From Candidatus Krumholzibacteriia bacterium (GTDB lineage: Bacteria > Krumholzibacteriota > Krumholzibacteriia > LZORAL124-64-63): DNA of 64,000 nucleotides. The notes below the pieces were generated by a model. The model did no database searches. It was not told the DNA's origin and saw only the letters and a list, made by a program, of their open reading frames with translations. Where the stretch lies: NCBI GenBank assembly GCA_041390065.1, contig JAWKQQ010000022.1, positions 3,192 through 67,191 of the forward strand, read 5' to 3'. Position numbers and translations under genes: made by a program. Positions 26,440 through 36,412 of this stretch are shown here, piece after piece. The stretch's first letter is position 1, and each line of letters begins with the position of its first letter.

Positions 26440-27741
26440 TCAGCTGTTCTTCACGAAATCCTGCAGCCACTTGATGGTCACGGACTTCGGGCGCTCGATG
26501 GGCGCCATCATGGCCCGGTTCCAGACCAGCTGGGCGCACATGCCCATCACGCGCGAGACCGAGAACATCACCGTGTAGTAGGGGAACTCGGTCATGCCGT
26601 AGTGGTAGAGCAGGGCGCCGCTGGCCGCATCCACGTTGGGCCAGGGGTTCTTGGCCTTGCCCTGCTCCTTGAGCACCTCGGGCACCACCTTGAAGACGCG
26701 GTCGACGATCTGCACGATCTCGTCGTCCGGGAAGTGCTTCATGCCGAAGTCCTTCAGGGCGGTGAAGCGCGGGTCGGTGATGCGCAGCACGGCGTGGCCG
26801 TAGCCCGGGATCACGCGGCCGGAGTTGAGGGTCTCCCAGGCCACCTCGCGCAGCTGCTCCTCGGTGGGCAGGCCGCCGAACTGCTCGCGCACCTGCAGCA
26901 CCCAGTTCAGGCACTCCTGGTTGGCCAGGCCGTGCAGCGGGCCGGAGAGCCCGTTGAGGCCGGCGGACACGCTGTAGAAGGCGTCGCTCAGGGCCGAACC
27001 TACCAGCGAGCAGGTGTGCGCCGACACGTTGCCGCCCTCGTGGTCGCAATGCAGCACGAGGTAGAGGCGGATCATGTCGGCGGCCTCGGGGTTCTTCTGG
27101 CTCAGGCCGAGCATGTGGGCGAAGTTCTGCGAGTAGTCGTACTCCGGCTTGGGCTCGATCCGGGGGCCCTTGTTGAAACGCTTGCGGTAGATGGCCGCCG
27201 CCAGGGTGGACATGCGGGCCTGCAGGGTCAGGCAGTCCTCGAGCATGGGCTTCCAGAACTCGTCCTTCGCCATGCCCGCGTTGTAGGCCTCGACGAACTT
27301 GCTCTCGCCCTGCATGCTCAGGATCGCGGTGTCCAGCATGCACATGGGGTGCGAGTCGGCCGGCATGGCGTCGAGCACCTGCCACACGTACTGCGGCACC
27401 ACCGCGCGCTTGGCGAATTCCGTGCGCAGGTGCTCGTGGGCCGCCTTGTCGGGGAGCGCGCCGGTGCAGAGCATGTAGAAGATGTCCTCGGCGGTCCGGT
27501 CGGTGAGCTGTGCGAGCGGGGTGCCGCGGATCAGCAGGCCCTTCTCCGGCGGGACCTCGCTGGTGTCGCAGACCATGCTCTTGACGCCGCGGGCTCCACC
27601 CATGGCCTGGGCCACGGTCACCTGGCTGATGACCTTGTCACCGTGATTCTTGGCCAGTTCGGTCAGCTGACCCCGCCAGACGGGGATCTGCTGCTCCAGA
27701 CGTTCAAAGAGATTCGCCATGCCTCGTGACTCCCTCGTCAT
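26440..27741 (-). CDS. gltA: Citrate synthase
   Basis: Track ORF of 433 aa. GGARGVKSMVCDTS, HCDHEGGNVSAHT and GYGHAVLRITDPR are present. The start may instead be the second ATG at 27720 (MANLFERLE), which has a GAGGGA upstream. Confidence 0.95.
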   Translation of the reverse strand: MTRESRGMANLFERLEQQIPVWRGQLTELAKNHGDKVISQVTVAQAMGGARGVKSMVCDTSEVPPEKGLLIRGTPLAQLTDRTAEDIFYMLCTGALPDKAAHEHLRTEFAKRAVVPQYVWQVLDAMPADSHPMCMLDTAILSMQGESKFVEAYNAGMAKDEFWKPMLEDCLTLQARMSTLAAAIYRKRFNKGPRIEPKPEYDYSQNFAHMLGLSQKNPEAADMIRLYLVLHCDHEGGNVSAHTCSLVGSALSDAFYSVSAGLNGLSGPLHGLANQECLNWVLQVREQFGGLPTEEQLREVAWETLNSGRVIPGYGHAVLRITDPRFTALKDFGMKHFPDDEIVQIVDRVFKVVPEVLKEQGKAKNPWPNVDAASGALLYHYGMTEFPYYTVMFSVSRVMGMCAQLVWNRAMMAPIERPKSVTIKWLQDFVKNS

Positions 27742-27790
27742 CCCCGGGAGTGGCCGCCGGGGCGTGGATTGCCTGCCGATTCCTTTGGAT

Positions 27791-27818
27791 ATACTAATTG
27801 AGTCGACGGTTGCGGCAA
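27791..27818 (-). promoter_or_regulatory. Candidate promoter of gltA
   Basis: On the minus strand: TTGCCG, a 16-nt spacer, then TAGTAT, in the AT-rich divergent region 27742-27905. Identified by eye only. Confidence 0.3.
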
Positions 27819-27905
27819 GATGGTAACTTGTTGTTGCATCGCCGAGAAGAGCCTATTTTGTTTGGCGAGCGAACGCCACCCCATCGAGACCGAGGAGGAC
27901 CCTGG

Positions 27906-28439
27906 ATGAACGACGACGTGCGGGAGTGCCTGGAGATCCTGGACAAGGCCGTGAAGTTCGAGGAGACCGGCATGAGCTTCTTCCTCGATCGCGCCGAGAA
28001 CGCACCCAGCGAGCTGGAACGCAACCTGTTCCGCTCCCTGGCCGAGGACGAGAAGGGCCACAAGGCCTACCTGCTGCAGCTCAAGGCCCAGCTTCTGGCC
28101 AACAACAACCCCGATGACATGCAGCCCGACGATGACGACGACCACAGGACGGCCCGGCAGATCTTCGAGGACGCCCTCGAGCGGGCCAGCGATCCCTACC
28201 ACGCGGAGTCCACCGAGCTCGAGATCATCAAGGGCGCCATGGACGTCGAGCGCAAGGGCTACACCATGTACACGGCGGCGGTCGCGTCGGTGAAGTCCGA
28301 GCGCGCCAAGGCCATCTTCGGCGCCCTCGCCCGCGAGGAGCAGCACCACTACAGCCTGCTCAAGAACACGTACGACTACATGGCCGACCCCGAGGCCTTC
28401 AATGGCTTCGACGAGAGCCCGATGCTCGACGGCGGCTAG
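27906..28439 (+). CDS. Ferritin-like diiron protein (rubrerythrin-type four-helix bundle, no rubredoxin domain)
   Basis: In frame with track ORF 27798..28439, ATG at 27906 after GAGGAGGA. It has two ExxH pairs (LAEDEKGH, AREEQHH). Confidence 0.65.
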   Translation: MNDDVRECLEILDKAVKFEETGMSFFLDRAENAPSELERNLFRSLAEDEKGHKAYLLQLKAQLLANNNPDDMQPDDDDDHRTARQIFEDALERASDPYHAESTELEIIKGAMDVERKGYTMYTAAVASVKSERAKAIFGALAREEQHHYSLLKNTYDYMADPEAFNGFDESPMLDGG

Positions 28440-28524
28440 GCCGGCGGCGCCGGAGCACCGCGAGCCACGATCCGACGGCCGCCTCTGCGGGGCGGCCGTC
28501 CCCTTGAGCCCCGAGAGGACCAGC

Positions 28525-29556
28525 GTGAGCGCAGCCCAGGATCTCTTCCGCGACGTGGTGGCCATGGCGCCCATGGCCCAGGGCGGCAACCTGCCGTACC
28601 GACGCCGCAGTACCGCGAGTACGGCGCAGCTCACCTGCAGCGAGATGGTGGTGGCCGACAAGCTGGTCAAGGGCGGCGAACGACCGCTCCTGCGCCACCA
28701 CGAGTCGGAGGACGTTCGGGATCCAGCTCTGCGGCAAGCATGCCGACACCCTGGCCGAGGGCGCCCGCATGGCCCGTCCGATGCCGGCGCCGCGTTCATC
28801 GACCTCAATTTCGGTTGTCCCATCGACCTCATCGTGCGGCGGGGCGGCGGGGCGGCCCTCCTGGAAGCCCCACCAAGCTGGCCCAGCTCGTGGCCGCCGT
28901 GCGGAGGCCGTGGACCGCTGTCGGTGAAGATCCGCAGCGGCTACAGCCGAGGACCGCATCAACGCCGTGGAGGTGGCCCAGCTCATCGAGGCCGAGGGCG
29001 CCGACGCGGTCGGCGTGGTGCACGGCCACCCGCGCCAGCGCTACAAGCGCAACGCCGACTGGGGGAAGATCATCGCCGCCGTGGCCGACGCCGTCGATCC
29101 CGGTCGTCGGCAACGGCGACTACGCCCTGGGACCTCGCGCGCCGGCGACGCGAGACCCGCGTCAGCTCCTTCCTCGTGGCCCGCGGCTGCCTCATCAAAC
29201 CCTGGGTGTTCCGCGAGCTCGCCACCGGCGAGGCCTGGTATCCCACGGTGGCCGAACGCTGGGGTGTCATGCGACGCTACCTCGACTTCGCGCTGGAGTA
29301 CTTCGGCGAGGACGAGAAGGGGCGCCAGCGCGCCCGCCGTTTCCTCCTCTGGCACCTTCATTTCTGGCACCGCTGGCGGCCCTACACCGAGGCCGATTTC
29401 GCCGCCCAGCTACCGGACTCGCTCATCCAGAGGCGCGAGGACGACCCGACGGACGACGATCCGGAGGCGGGGCTGCTCATGAGCCCGGACGAGGCCCAGC
29501 ACGAGGTGATCTGGGAACGGCTGCTGGTCGGGGATTTCCCGGGCGCCGAGCGTTGA
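28525..29556 (+). pseudogene. tRNA-dihydrouridine synthase (Dus3-like), N-terminal two thirds frame-broken
   Basis: Pieces across three frames: MAPMAQGGNLPYRR | QLTCSEMVVADKLVKGGERPLLRHHESEDV | FGIQLCGKHADTLAEGARMA | FIDLNFGCPIDLIVRRGGGAALLE | PTKLAQLVAAVRR | LSVKIRSGY | INAVEVAQLIEAEGADAVGVVHGHPRQRYKRNADWGKIIAAVADAV | VGNGDY. It is intact from SSFLVARGCLIKPWVFREL...RFLLWHLHFWHRW to the stop at 29556. Confidence 0.8.
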
Positions 29557-29663
29557 CGCCTGGCCGGCCTTGCCGCGCCGCCGGTTCCGACCGATACGTG
29601 GGAGCGCGACGGACACCGTGCCGGTGCCTCGTCGTCGACCGTCACCACGAGAGGACCCACCCC

Positions 29664-30551
29664 ATGGCCAACGTGCTCATCACCGGCGCCAACGGCGGCT
29701 TCGGCCGGCTCGCCGTGCAGGAACTCCTGGACCGCGACCACGCCGTCGTGGCCACCATGCGCGACACGACCGGACGCAACGCCGTCGCCGCGCGCGATCT
29801 CACGGACCTGGGCGCCATCGTGGAGGACCTCGACGTCACCGCCCAGGACAGCGTCGACCGGGCCGTGGCCGCGGCCATCAGCCAGCTGGGCTACCTGGAC
29901 GCCGTCGTCAACAACGCGGGCGTCGGCACCCTTGGCGTGCAGGAGGCCTTCACGGCCGATGACTGGCGACGTCTCTTCGACGTCAACGTGTTCGGGGTGC
30001 AGCGCGTGGTGCGGGCCGTCTCGCCCCACTTCCGCCAGCGGCGGACCGGACTCATCCTGCAGATCTCCAGCCTGCTCGGCCGCGTCGCCCTGCCGTTCTA
30101 CGGCCCCTACAACGCGTCCAAGTGGGCGCTCGAGGGCATGACCGAGAGCTACCGCGTGGAACTGGCGGGATTCGGCGTGGACGTGGCGATCGTCGAGCCC
30201 GGCGGCTATCCCACCACCTTCGTCGAAGGTCTCATGCGGCCGTCGGACACCCGGCGCACGGCGGACCTCGCGGCGATGTCGGCGGCGGCCGACCGCATGC
30301 TCGAGGGCTTCGAGCAGACCATGGCCGGCAACCCCGCCCAGGATCCGCGCGCGGTGACCGCGGCCATCGCCAAGGTGATCGAGACGCCGGCCGGTCGGCG
30401 CCCGTTCCGCACGGTCGTGGACTTCCTCGGCATGGGGGACAGGATCCGGCCGTACAACGACCAGCTCGAGACGCTCACCGACGGCCTCTACACCGCCTTC
30501 GGCATCGGCCACATGCGCAGGCTGGCGACGGGCGCCGAGGGCAAGGGCTAG
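29664..30551 (+). CDS. SDR-family oxidoreductase
   Basis: In frame with track ORF 28740..30551, ATG at 29664. TGANGGFG, NNAG and YNASKWAL are present. Confidence 0.85.
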   Translation: MANVLITGANGGFGRLAVQELLDRDHAVVATMRDTTGRNAVAARDLTDLGAIVEDLDVTAQDSVDRAVAAAISQLGYLDAVVNNAGVGTLGVQEAFTADDWRRLFDVNVFGVQRVVRAVSPHFRQRRTGLILQISSLLGRVALPFYGPYNASKWALEGMTESYRVELAGFGVDVAIVEPGGYPTTFVEGLMRPSDTRRTADLAAMSAAADRMLEGFEQTMAGNPAQDPRAVTAAIAKVIETPAGRRPFRTVVDFLGMGDRIRPYNDQLETLTDGLYTAFGIGHMRRLATGAEGKG

Positions 30552-30552
30552 C

Positions 30553-31038
30553 TCAACGCAGCGGCCGCTTGATCGCCGACCAGGTCGTCCCCTGCACGGG
30601 GGCGCCCTCGACCGCGAGCCAGCCGGCGATCTCACCCTCGGGGTCGAGGTCGGTGTGGATGACCACCGACCCGTATCCGTCGAGCAGCTCGGCCACCCGC
30701 CGCTCGCTCGGCTCCCAGGAGCCGATCTTCGGCGTGCCCAGCGGCAGGTGATGGATGATGGCGCCGAAGTTCCCCGCCGGGCCCGAGTGGATGTGGGCCG
30801 CGAATTCCTCGCCCTGCAGGTCGGTATAGGTGATCTCGTACGTGATGGTGGTCCGGGAGTCGTCGAGGACGAGGCGCGCGAACCCCTCGGCGGGCGAGTC
30901 GCTCGCCAGGGCGCTGCTGTCGAGGACGGCGGTGAGGACGGTCGCGGCGGAGGCGGAGCCCGTCGCCGCCAGCATGGCCAGGAGGAGGCCGAGCGGTCGC
31001 CGGATACCGGGCGCGACGGATGATCGATGGCGGTTCAC
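30553..31038 (-). CDS. Secreted CHRD-domain protein
   Basis: In frame with track ORF 30553..31122. GTG at 31038 is preceded by AAAGGAG. Signal peptide present. AAHIHSGPAGNFGAIIHHL and VVIHTDLDPEGEIAG are typical of CHRD. Confidence 0.7.
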   Translation of the reverse strand: MNRHRSSVAPGIRRPLGLLLAMLAATGSASAATVLTAVLDSSALASDSPAEGFARLVLDDSRTTITYEITYTDLQGEEFAAHIHSGPAGNFGAIIHHLPLGTPKIGSWEPSERRVAELLDGYGSVVIHTDLDPEGEIAGWLAVEGAPVQGTTWSAIKRPLR

Positions 31039-31115
31039 GGCGGCTCCTTTCGCCGCGGCACACGTAAGCCGGGAATCGGTCCGGCCGCGATCCGTCCTTC
31101 CCGGCCACGATCCCT

Positions 31116-31144
31116 TTGACACGATCGGCGGTGGCGCGTACTAT
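31116..31144 (+). promoter_or_regulatory. Near-consensus sigma70-type promoter driving the cobalamin riboswitch
   Basis: TTGACA (31116-31121), a 17-nt spacer, then TACTAT (31139-31144). Confidence 0.55.
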
Positions 31145-31149
31145 CGGCG

Positions 31150-31350
31150 CTGTCCGTCCGGCGTCGTGTCCGGCCGGGCACACAACAACGGCGGCTCGAT
31201 GATCAGCGGAAGCCGGTGTGATTCCGGCGCGGCCCCGCCACTGTGAGCGGCGACGAACCCCGCACCATGCCACTGAGGACCCTCTCCCGGCTGGAGACGA
31301 CCTCGGGAAGGCGCGGCCAGTAGGACGACCCGCGAGCCAGGAGACCGGTC
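31150..31350 (+). promoter_or_regulatory. Cobalamin (B12) riboswitch
   Basis: The core GGAAGCCGGTGTGATTCCGGCGCGGCCCCGCCACTGTGA (B12 box GCCACTG) is followed by GCCACTG...GGGAAGG...GAGCCAGGAGACC. It lies directly upstream of a TonB-dependent receptor gene. Confidence 0.85.
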
Positions 31351-31390
31351 CCGAGCCCTTGTCCGTCACCTTCGTGGGAGAGGTACGGCA

Positions 31391-33517
31391 GTGTCGGTCC
31401 AGGGGACCGGGAGCCTCGCGCACCCTCGGGTGGCGCGTATCTTCCGACCGCATCGTCGTTTCCGGTTGCCGGCAAGCTCGCTCGCGTTCGCGTTCGCGCT
31501 CGTGGGCCTGGTCCGCGCCGTGCCCGCCGGGGCGGACCAGGCCCCGATCGCCGATCCGCCGCTCATGGCCGAGGCCGCCGCCGCCACCGTGGTGCTCGAC
31601 TCCATGGTGGTGCATGGCCGCGGCGTGGCCGAGCGCTTCTTCCCGATCGCGCCCGGCGTGGTGACGGTGGTCGAGCTGGACGACGAACGCGGCGGTGCGG
31701 ACCTCGGCGAACTGCTGGCCCGCGTGGCCGGCCTGCAGGTGCGTCGCTACGGCGGCCTCGGCGCCCAGGCGGTGCCCTCGATCCGCGGCTCGAGCGGCGC
31801 CCAGGTGCAGGTGCTGGTGGACGGCCTGCCGCTGGCCGATGCCCAGAACGGTGCCGTCGACATCTCGCTCTTGCCGCTCGAACGTTACGCCACCGCCGAG
31901 ATCCACCGCGGCCTCGTGCCGGTCGGCTTCGGCGGCATCGGCGGCGCCGGCGCCGTCGACCTGCGGACCCGGCCCGATGCCCATGGCACGAGCGTGCGGC
32001 TGTTCACCGGCAGCTTCGGCGACCTGGGCGGCCGCGTGTCCCACGGTCTGCGGTCGCGAGGCGGCCACCGGCGCCTGCTCGTGCTGGCCCACGGCCGCCG
32101 GCTCGACAACCGCTACGGGTTCACCCCGCGCATCCCCGCCGCCCAGGTCGACCTGTATCCCGACACCACCTGGACCCGCGCCAACGCCGACCTCGAGGAA
32201 TGGGGCTGGCTGGCGAGCGGCGAGCTGGAGGGTGCGCCGGGCCTCCTGCGCGCCTCGGTGGGGAGCTTCCGGCGCGACGGCGGCCGCCCCGGACCGTTCA
32301 ACCTTCCGTCGCCCCACGCCCGCGTGCGCCACGAGCGTCTGGACGCCCGCCTGGGGGCCGTCACGCGTGATCGCGACTGGACGGCGGACCTGAGCCTGGC
32401 GCGGGATCGGGGCCAGCTCATCGACACCGCCCGCGAGGTGGGGCACGACCCGGCCGGCGTCAACACGAGCGAGTCCGACGACGTGCTGGCGCGTGCGATC
32501 TGGTCGCCCTTGTGGCGCCTCGGCGCTGCCGACCTGGGCGTGACCGCCGGCGCCGAAGGCCGCCTGCAGTGGTACCGCGAATCCATCGCGGGCGACGCGC
32601 AGCCCCGGCGCAATCGCCGCAGCGTCGGCGCGTTCGCGAGCGCCAGCGTCGACCTGCCGGCCTGGCGGCTGGGTCTGACCCCGCAGTGGCGCTGGCAGCG
32701 CGTGCGCGACGACTTCCCGCCGGTGCCGAACCTGCCCTGGCTGCCGGAGGAACTGGGCGTGGTGCACCGGCAGGACGCGGTCTCGCCCGCGGTGAACGCC
32801 ACCGTCGCCATCCTGCCCGAGTCGCTCATCCTGCAGGCCCACTGGCACCACAGCGTGCGCCAGCCCACCTGGGTCGAACTGTTCGGTCAGCCCGGCGGCC
32901 TGGTGGGCAACCGGGAGCTCGTGCCCGAGGAGATCACCGGCCGCGACGTGGGCCTGCGCTGGACCCTGCCCGGCCGCAACGGCGTCCTGCGCGCCACCTG
33001 GTTCAGCCAGGTCACCGAGAAGACCATCCTCTGGTACGTCAGCGGCCTGGGACAGAGCAAGCCGTACAACGTCGGCCGGACCCGAGCCGCGGGCGTGGAG
33101 CTGGAGGGCGCGTGCACCCATCGGGCCGCCGAAGGCTACGTGGCGGCCACCTACCAGGGCGCCCATCACGGGCACGGCCAGGATCCCGTCTACCACGGCA
33201 AGCAGCTGCCCTTCCTCAGCGACTGGACCGTGTTCGCGGATCTCGGCCTGCGCCTGGACGCCTGGCGACCCGGCCTGCGTCTGCGTCACGAATCCGCGTC
33301 GTTCACCGATCTGTTCAACGACCCCGACGCCCGCGTGGCGCCCCGCACCAGCCTGGACCTGTCCCTGGCCCGCACCTTCGAGGGCGGCGTCTGGGGCGAC
33401 GGGCGGCGCGCCACCGTCACCGCCGAGGCCATCAACGTCACCGACCGGCAGCTCCACGACGTCGAAGGCTACCCCTTGCCGGGTCGGAGCCTGCGGCTGT
33501 CGCTGCACTGGCAATGA
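31391..33517 (+). CDS. btuB: TonB-dependent outer-membrane receptor (BtuB-like, riboswitch-controlled)
   Basis: Track ORF of 708 aa with GTG start after GGGAGAGG. Signal peptide present. Plug motifs: LARVAGLQVRRYGGLGAQAVPSIRGSSGAQVQVLVDGLPL. The C-terminal barrel ends in LRLSLHWQ. Confidence 0.85.
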   Translation: MSVQGTGSLAHPRVARIFRPHRRFRLPASSLAFAFALVGLVRAVPAGADQAPIADPPLMAEAAAATVVLDSMVVHGRGVAERFFPIAPGVVTVVELDDERGGADLGELLARVAGLQVRRYGGLGAQAVPSIRGSSGAQVQVLVDGLPLADAQNGAVDISLLPLERYATAEIHRGLVPVGFGGIGGAGAVDLRTRPDAHGTSVRLFTGSFGDLGGRVSHGLRSRGGHRRLLVLAHGRRLDNRYGFTPRIPAAQVDLYPDTTWTRANADLEEWGWLASGELEGAPGLLRASVGSFRRDGGRPGPFNLPSPHARVRHERLDARLGAVTRDRDWTADLSLARDRGQLIDTAREVGHDPAGVNTSESDDVLARAIWSPLWRLGAADLGVTAGAEGRLQWYRESIAGDAQPRRNRRSVGAFASASVDLPAWRLGLTPQWRWQRVRDDFPPVPNLPWLPEELGVVHRQDAVSPAVNATVAILPESLILQAHWHHSVRQPTWVELFGQPGGLVGNRELVPEEITGRDVGLRWTLPGRNGVLRATWFSQVTEKTILWYVSGLGQSKPYNVGRTRAAGVELEGACTHRAAEGYVAATYQGAHHGHGQDPVYHGKQLPFLSDWTVFADLGLRLDAWRPGLRLRHESASFTDLFNDPDARVAPRTSLDLSLARTFEGGVWGDGRRATVTAEAINVTDRQLHDVEGYPLPGRSLRLSLHWQ

Positions 33518-33543
33518 CCCGAATCCGCCACGGAGGCACCAGC

Positions 33544-34938
33544 ATGCGCACCATCCTATTCGTTCTCCTGGCCCTGATGCTCGCCGTCGGCGCGCGCGCC
33601 CAGTCGCAGGGCGCCGTCATCGCCACCGACTACGCCACCACCGCCTACGTCGCGGGCCTCGGCCTGGCCGCGCCCTGGGCCGTGGGGCCGGTGCCCGGCG
33701 AGCCGGTCTACAACGACGCCGTGGCACGTTGGCACGCGGGGCTGCTCTACGTCGTCAACCGCGGGGGCGCCGACAACGTCCAGGTGCTCGATCCCGCGCA
33801 GGGCTTCGACACCGTGCGCCAGTTCAGCCTGGGCCTCGGGCGCAACCTGCAGGACATCGGCTTCGCCACGGACGGCACGGCCTACGTCAGCTGCTACGAC
33901 ACGGCCGAGTTGCTCCACATCGACCCCGCGACGGGCCAGCTGCTGCAGGTCATCTCGACGGCCGGGTTCGCCGACGCGGACGGGCTGCCGGAGACCGGCT
34001 GGCTGCTCGTGCATGACGGCCGCCTGTTCCTGAACTGCCAGCGCCTGGACCGCGACGGCTGGTACGCCCCGGTGGGCGACAGCTACCTGCTGGTGCTCGA
34101 CACGGCCACCAACCAGTGGCTCGACGCCGATCCCGCGACGCCGGGCACGCAGGGGATCCGCCTGGGCGCCACCGACCCGATCACGCCCATCCAGCGTCGC
34201 GATGGCCGGCTGTACGTCGGCTGCGTCGGCTACTACGGCGTCAACGACGGCGGCGTGGCCGTGGTCGACCCCGTGACGCTCGCCCCGCTGGGCCTGGAGA
34301 TCACCGAGGCCGTCCTCGGCGGCGACCTCGTGTCCCTGGCCGTCACCGGCGAGACGCGCCACCTGATCGTGTCGGACGGCTCGTGGGTGACCCACGTCAT
34401 GGAATACCTGCCCGGACACATGCCCACCACCGTGGCCTCGGGCGCCGCCTACGACCACGCCGACCTGGCCTGGGACGGCGGCTTCCAGTAACTTCGTGGC
34501 CGACCGGCGCCTGGAGTGCGAGCGGCATCCGCGTGTACGACGTCGAGACAGGACAGGAGCTCACCAGCGGCCCCATCGCGACCGGCCTGCCGCCCGCCCT
34601 GGTGGTGCTGCCCGCCGCCGAGGGCGCCGTGGATGTCGAGACGCCGTCGCTGGGGGGGCTGTCCCTGGCTGCGCCGTGGCCCAACCCGGCCAATCCCACC
34701 ACGCAGGTGGCGTTCACCCGCCGCGCCGCGCGAGGCGGTCGAGCTGCGGCTCGTGGACCTGCACGGGGCCGCCTGGTCCGCCGCGCCAGGCTCGAGGCCG
34801 GCCTTGCGGGGGCGGGGCCGCTGGACCTTCGACGGCCGCGACGATCAGAGGGCCGCACGGTGGCGTCGGGTGTGTACCGCTGCGTGGTGCAGTCAGCGGG
34901 GAGGGTTCGCGGCGCGCAGCCTGACGGTCGTTCGCTAG
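33544..34938 (+). CDS. Secreted beta-propeller-like repeat protein with FlgD-Ig/T9SS-like C-terminal domain; an in-frame stop at 34489 and frame breaks lie in the last 450 nt
   Basis: The ATG at 33544 follows GGAGG. Signal peptide MRTILFVLLALMLAVGARAQ. Blade-like repeats are present (LYVVNRGGADNVQVLDP, AYVSCYDTAELLHIDPATGQ, SYLLVLDTATNQ, VAVVDPVT). After the TAA at 34489 the protein plausibly continues in other frames (GIRVYDVETGQELTSGP...LAAPWPNPANPTTQVAF | VELRLVDLHG | RLVRRARLEAGLAGAG | RWTFDGRDD | GRTVASGVYRCVVQS...LTVVR*). Confidence 0.6.
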
Positions 34939-35176
34939 GTCGTCCGGAGATGATCCGTGCCGCGTGTGATTCCGGCGTCATGGATGCGTCTCTCCCCACG
35001 ACGCCGGCCATCCGCCGATACGTCGCGGCTGGTGCGCCAAATCATCCATCGGATGGACCACCATAGCCACCATGCCGCCCCATGCCGGCCCGGAGCATCC
35101 CGCCACGCCCGATTCTGGTTGCTCCCTCGCCGCACTGCGCTAGTATTCAGCCGGTCGCCACCCTGGAGGAACGACC

Positions 35177-35750
35177 GTGCCCGTATCTATACCCGCACCG
35201 GAGACCGCGGCGAGACTGGCCTCGTCGATGGGTCGCGCACCCTCAAGTCCGACCCTCGCGTCGATGCCTACGGGGATGTCGACGAGCTCAACAGCGTGAT
35301 CGGTGGCGCTCGCTGCCCTGCCCGCCGACGTGGACGGCCTGCGGGCCGACCTCGGCGCATCCGGTCAGATCTGTTCGGCTCGGCGCCCTGCTGGCCGACC
35401 CGCCGCGGTGCGAGGCGCTGGTGGCCGGTGCGGCGGACGCGCTGCCCCTGGATGGCGGCGCCCTCGAGCCGGTGATCGATCGGCTCGGTGAAACACTGCC
35501 GCCTTTACGTGCGTTCATCCTGCCCGGTGGCATCCGGGTGCGGCGGCCTGCGTCGCGCACAGTCTACCGCCGCGTCGAGCGCCACGTGGTGGCGCTGCGG
35601 GCAGCTCAGGTGGCCATTCCCGACCCCGTGGTGGTGTACCTGAATCGCCTCAGCGACCTGCTCTTCGTCGCCGCCCGGCACGTCAACCGGGCCGCCGGCC
35701 GCGACGACGTGCTCTGGCCCGGACGCCGGGATCGCAAACCCGCGGAGTAG
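35177..35750 (+). pseudogene. pduO: PduO-type ATP:cob(I)alamin adenosyltransferase, several frame breaks
   Basis: [41 protein letters not shown] | [16 protein letters not shown] | IRSDLFG | LGALLADP...LRAFILPGG...VYRRVERHVVAL...YLNRLSDLLFVAARHVN. The GTG at 35177 after GGAGGA is out of frame by one base with the following codons. Confidence 0.8.
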
Positions 35751-35752
35751 CC

Positions 35753-36412
35753 GTGTTGCTGCGTGTCCTTTCGCCTGCCACTTTCCGTCGCCTGACCGCG
35801 AATAGCGAGGCGGGCGGTGGGGTATCCCCCCTGTCCGACCCGTCCGCCGACCTCGGTACTCCGGTGGACCCCGATCAACAGGACATCGTCCGCTTCCAGG
35901 ACGGTGATGGCGAGGGATTCGCGGCCCTGATGGAACGTTATCGGCATCGCGCCTACGGCCTGGCCCTCGGCTTCTGCGGCAACCATGACGATGCCATGGA
36001 CGCCGTGCAGAAGTCGTTCATCCGGATCCACCGCTCGCTGGGCGGCTTCCGGGTGGGCGAGCCGTTCTTCCCCTGGCTGTACCGGATCGTGCGCAACACG
36101 TCGTTCAACCAGCGGCGGGACGAGACGCGCCATCGGGGCGACTGTCCGCTGGAGTGGGTGACCGAGCCCGCCAATCTGCCCTCGCCGTTGCAGATGGCGG
36201 AGGCGGAGGAGCTGCGCCGCCGCCTCTGGGAGGCCGTCGACGGCCTGCCCGTCGAGCTGCGCGAGGTCTTCCTGCTCTACACGTTCCAGGGCCTGAAGTA
36301 CCGAGAGATCGCCGACGTGATGGCGATCCCGCTGGGCACCGTCATGTCGCGCCTGCACAGCGCGCGTCAGAAGATCCGCAAGCACCTGGGGGAGGAGGAG
36401 GTGACGGCATGA
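35753..36412 (+). CDS. ECF-type RNA polymerase sigma factor
   Basis: Track ORF. Region 2: AMDAVQKSFIRIHR...FFPWLYRIVRNTSFNQRR. Region 4: LREVFLLYTFQGLKYREIADVMAIPLGTVMSRLHSARQKI. Confidence 0.9.
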   Translation: MLLRVLSPATFRRLTANSEAGGGVSPLSDPSADLGTPVDPDQQDIVRFQDGDGEGFAALMERYRHRAYGLALGFCGNHDDAMDAVQKSFIRIHRSLGGFRVGEPFFPWLYRIVRNTSFNQRRDETRHRGDCPLEWVTEPANLPSPLQMAEAEELRRRLWEAVDGLPVELREVFLLYTFQGLKYREIADVMAIPLGTVMSRLHSARQKIRKHLGEEEVTA

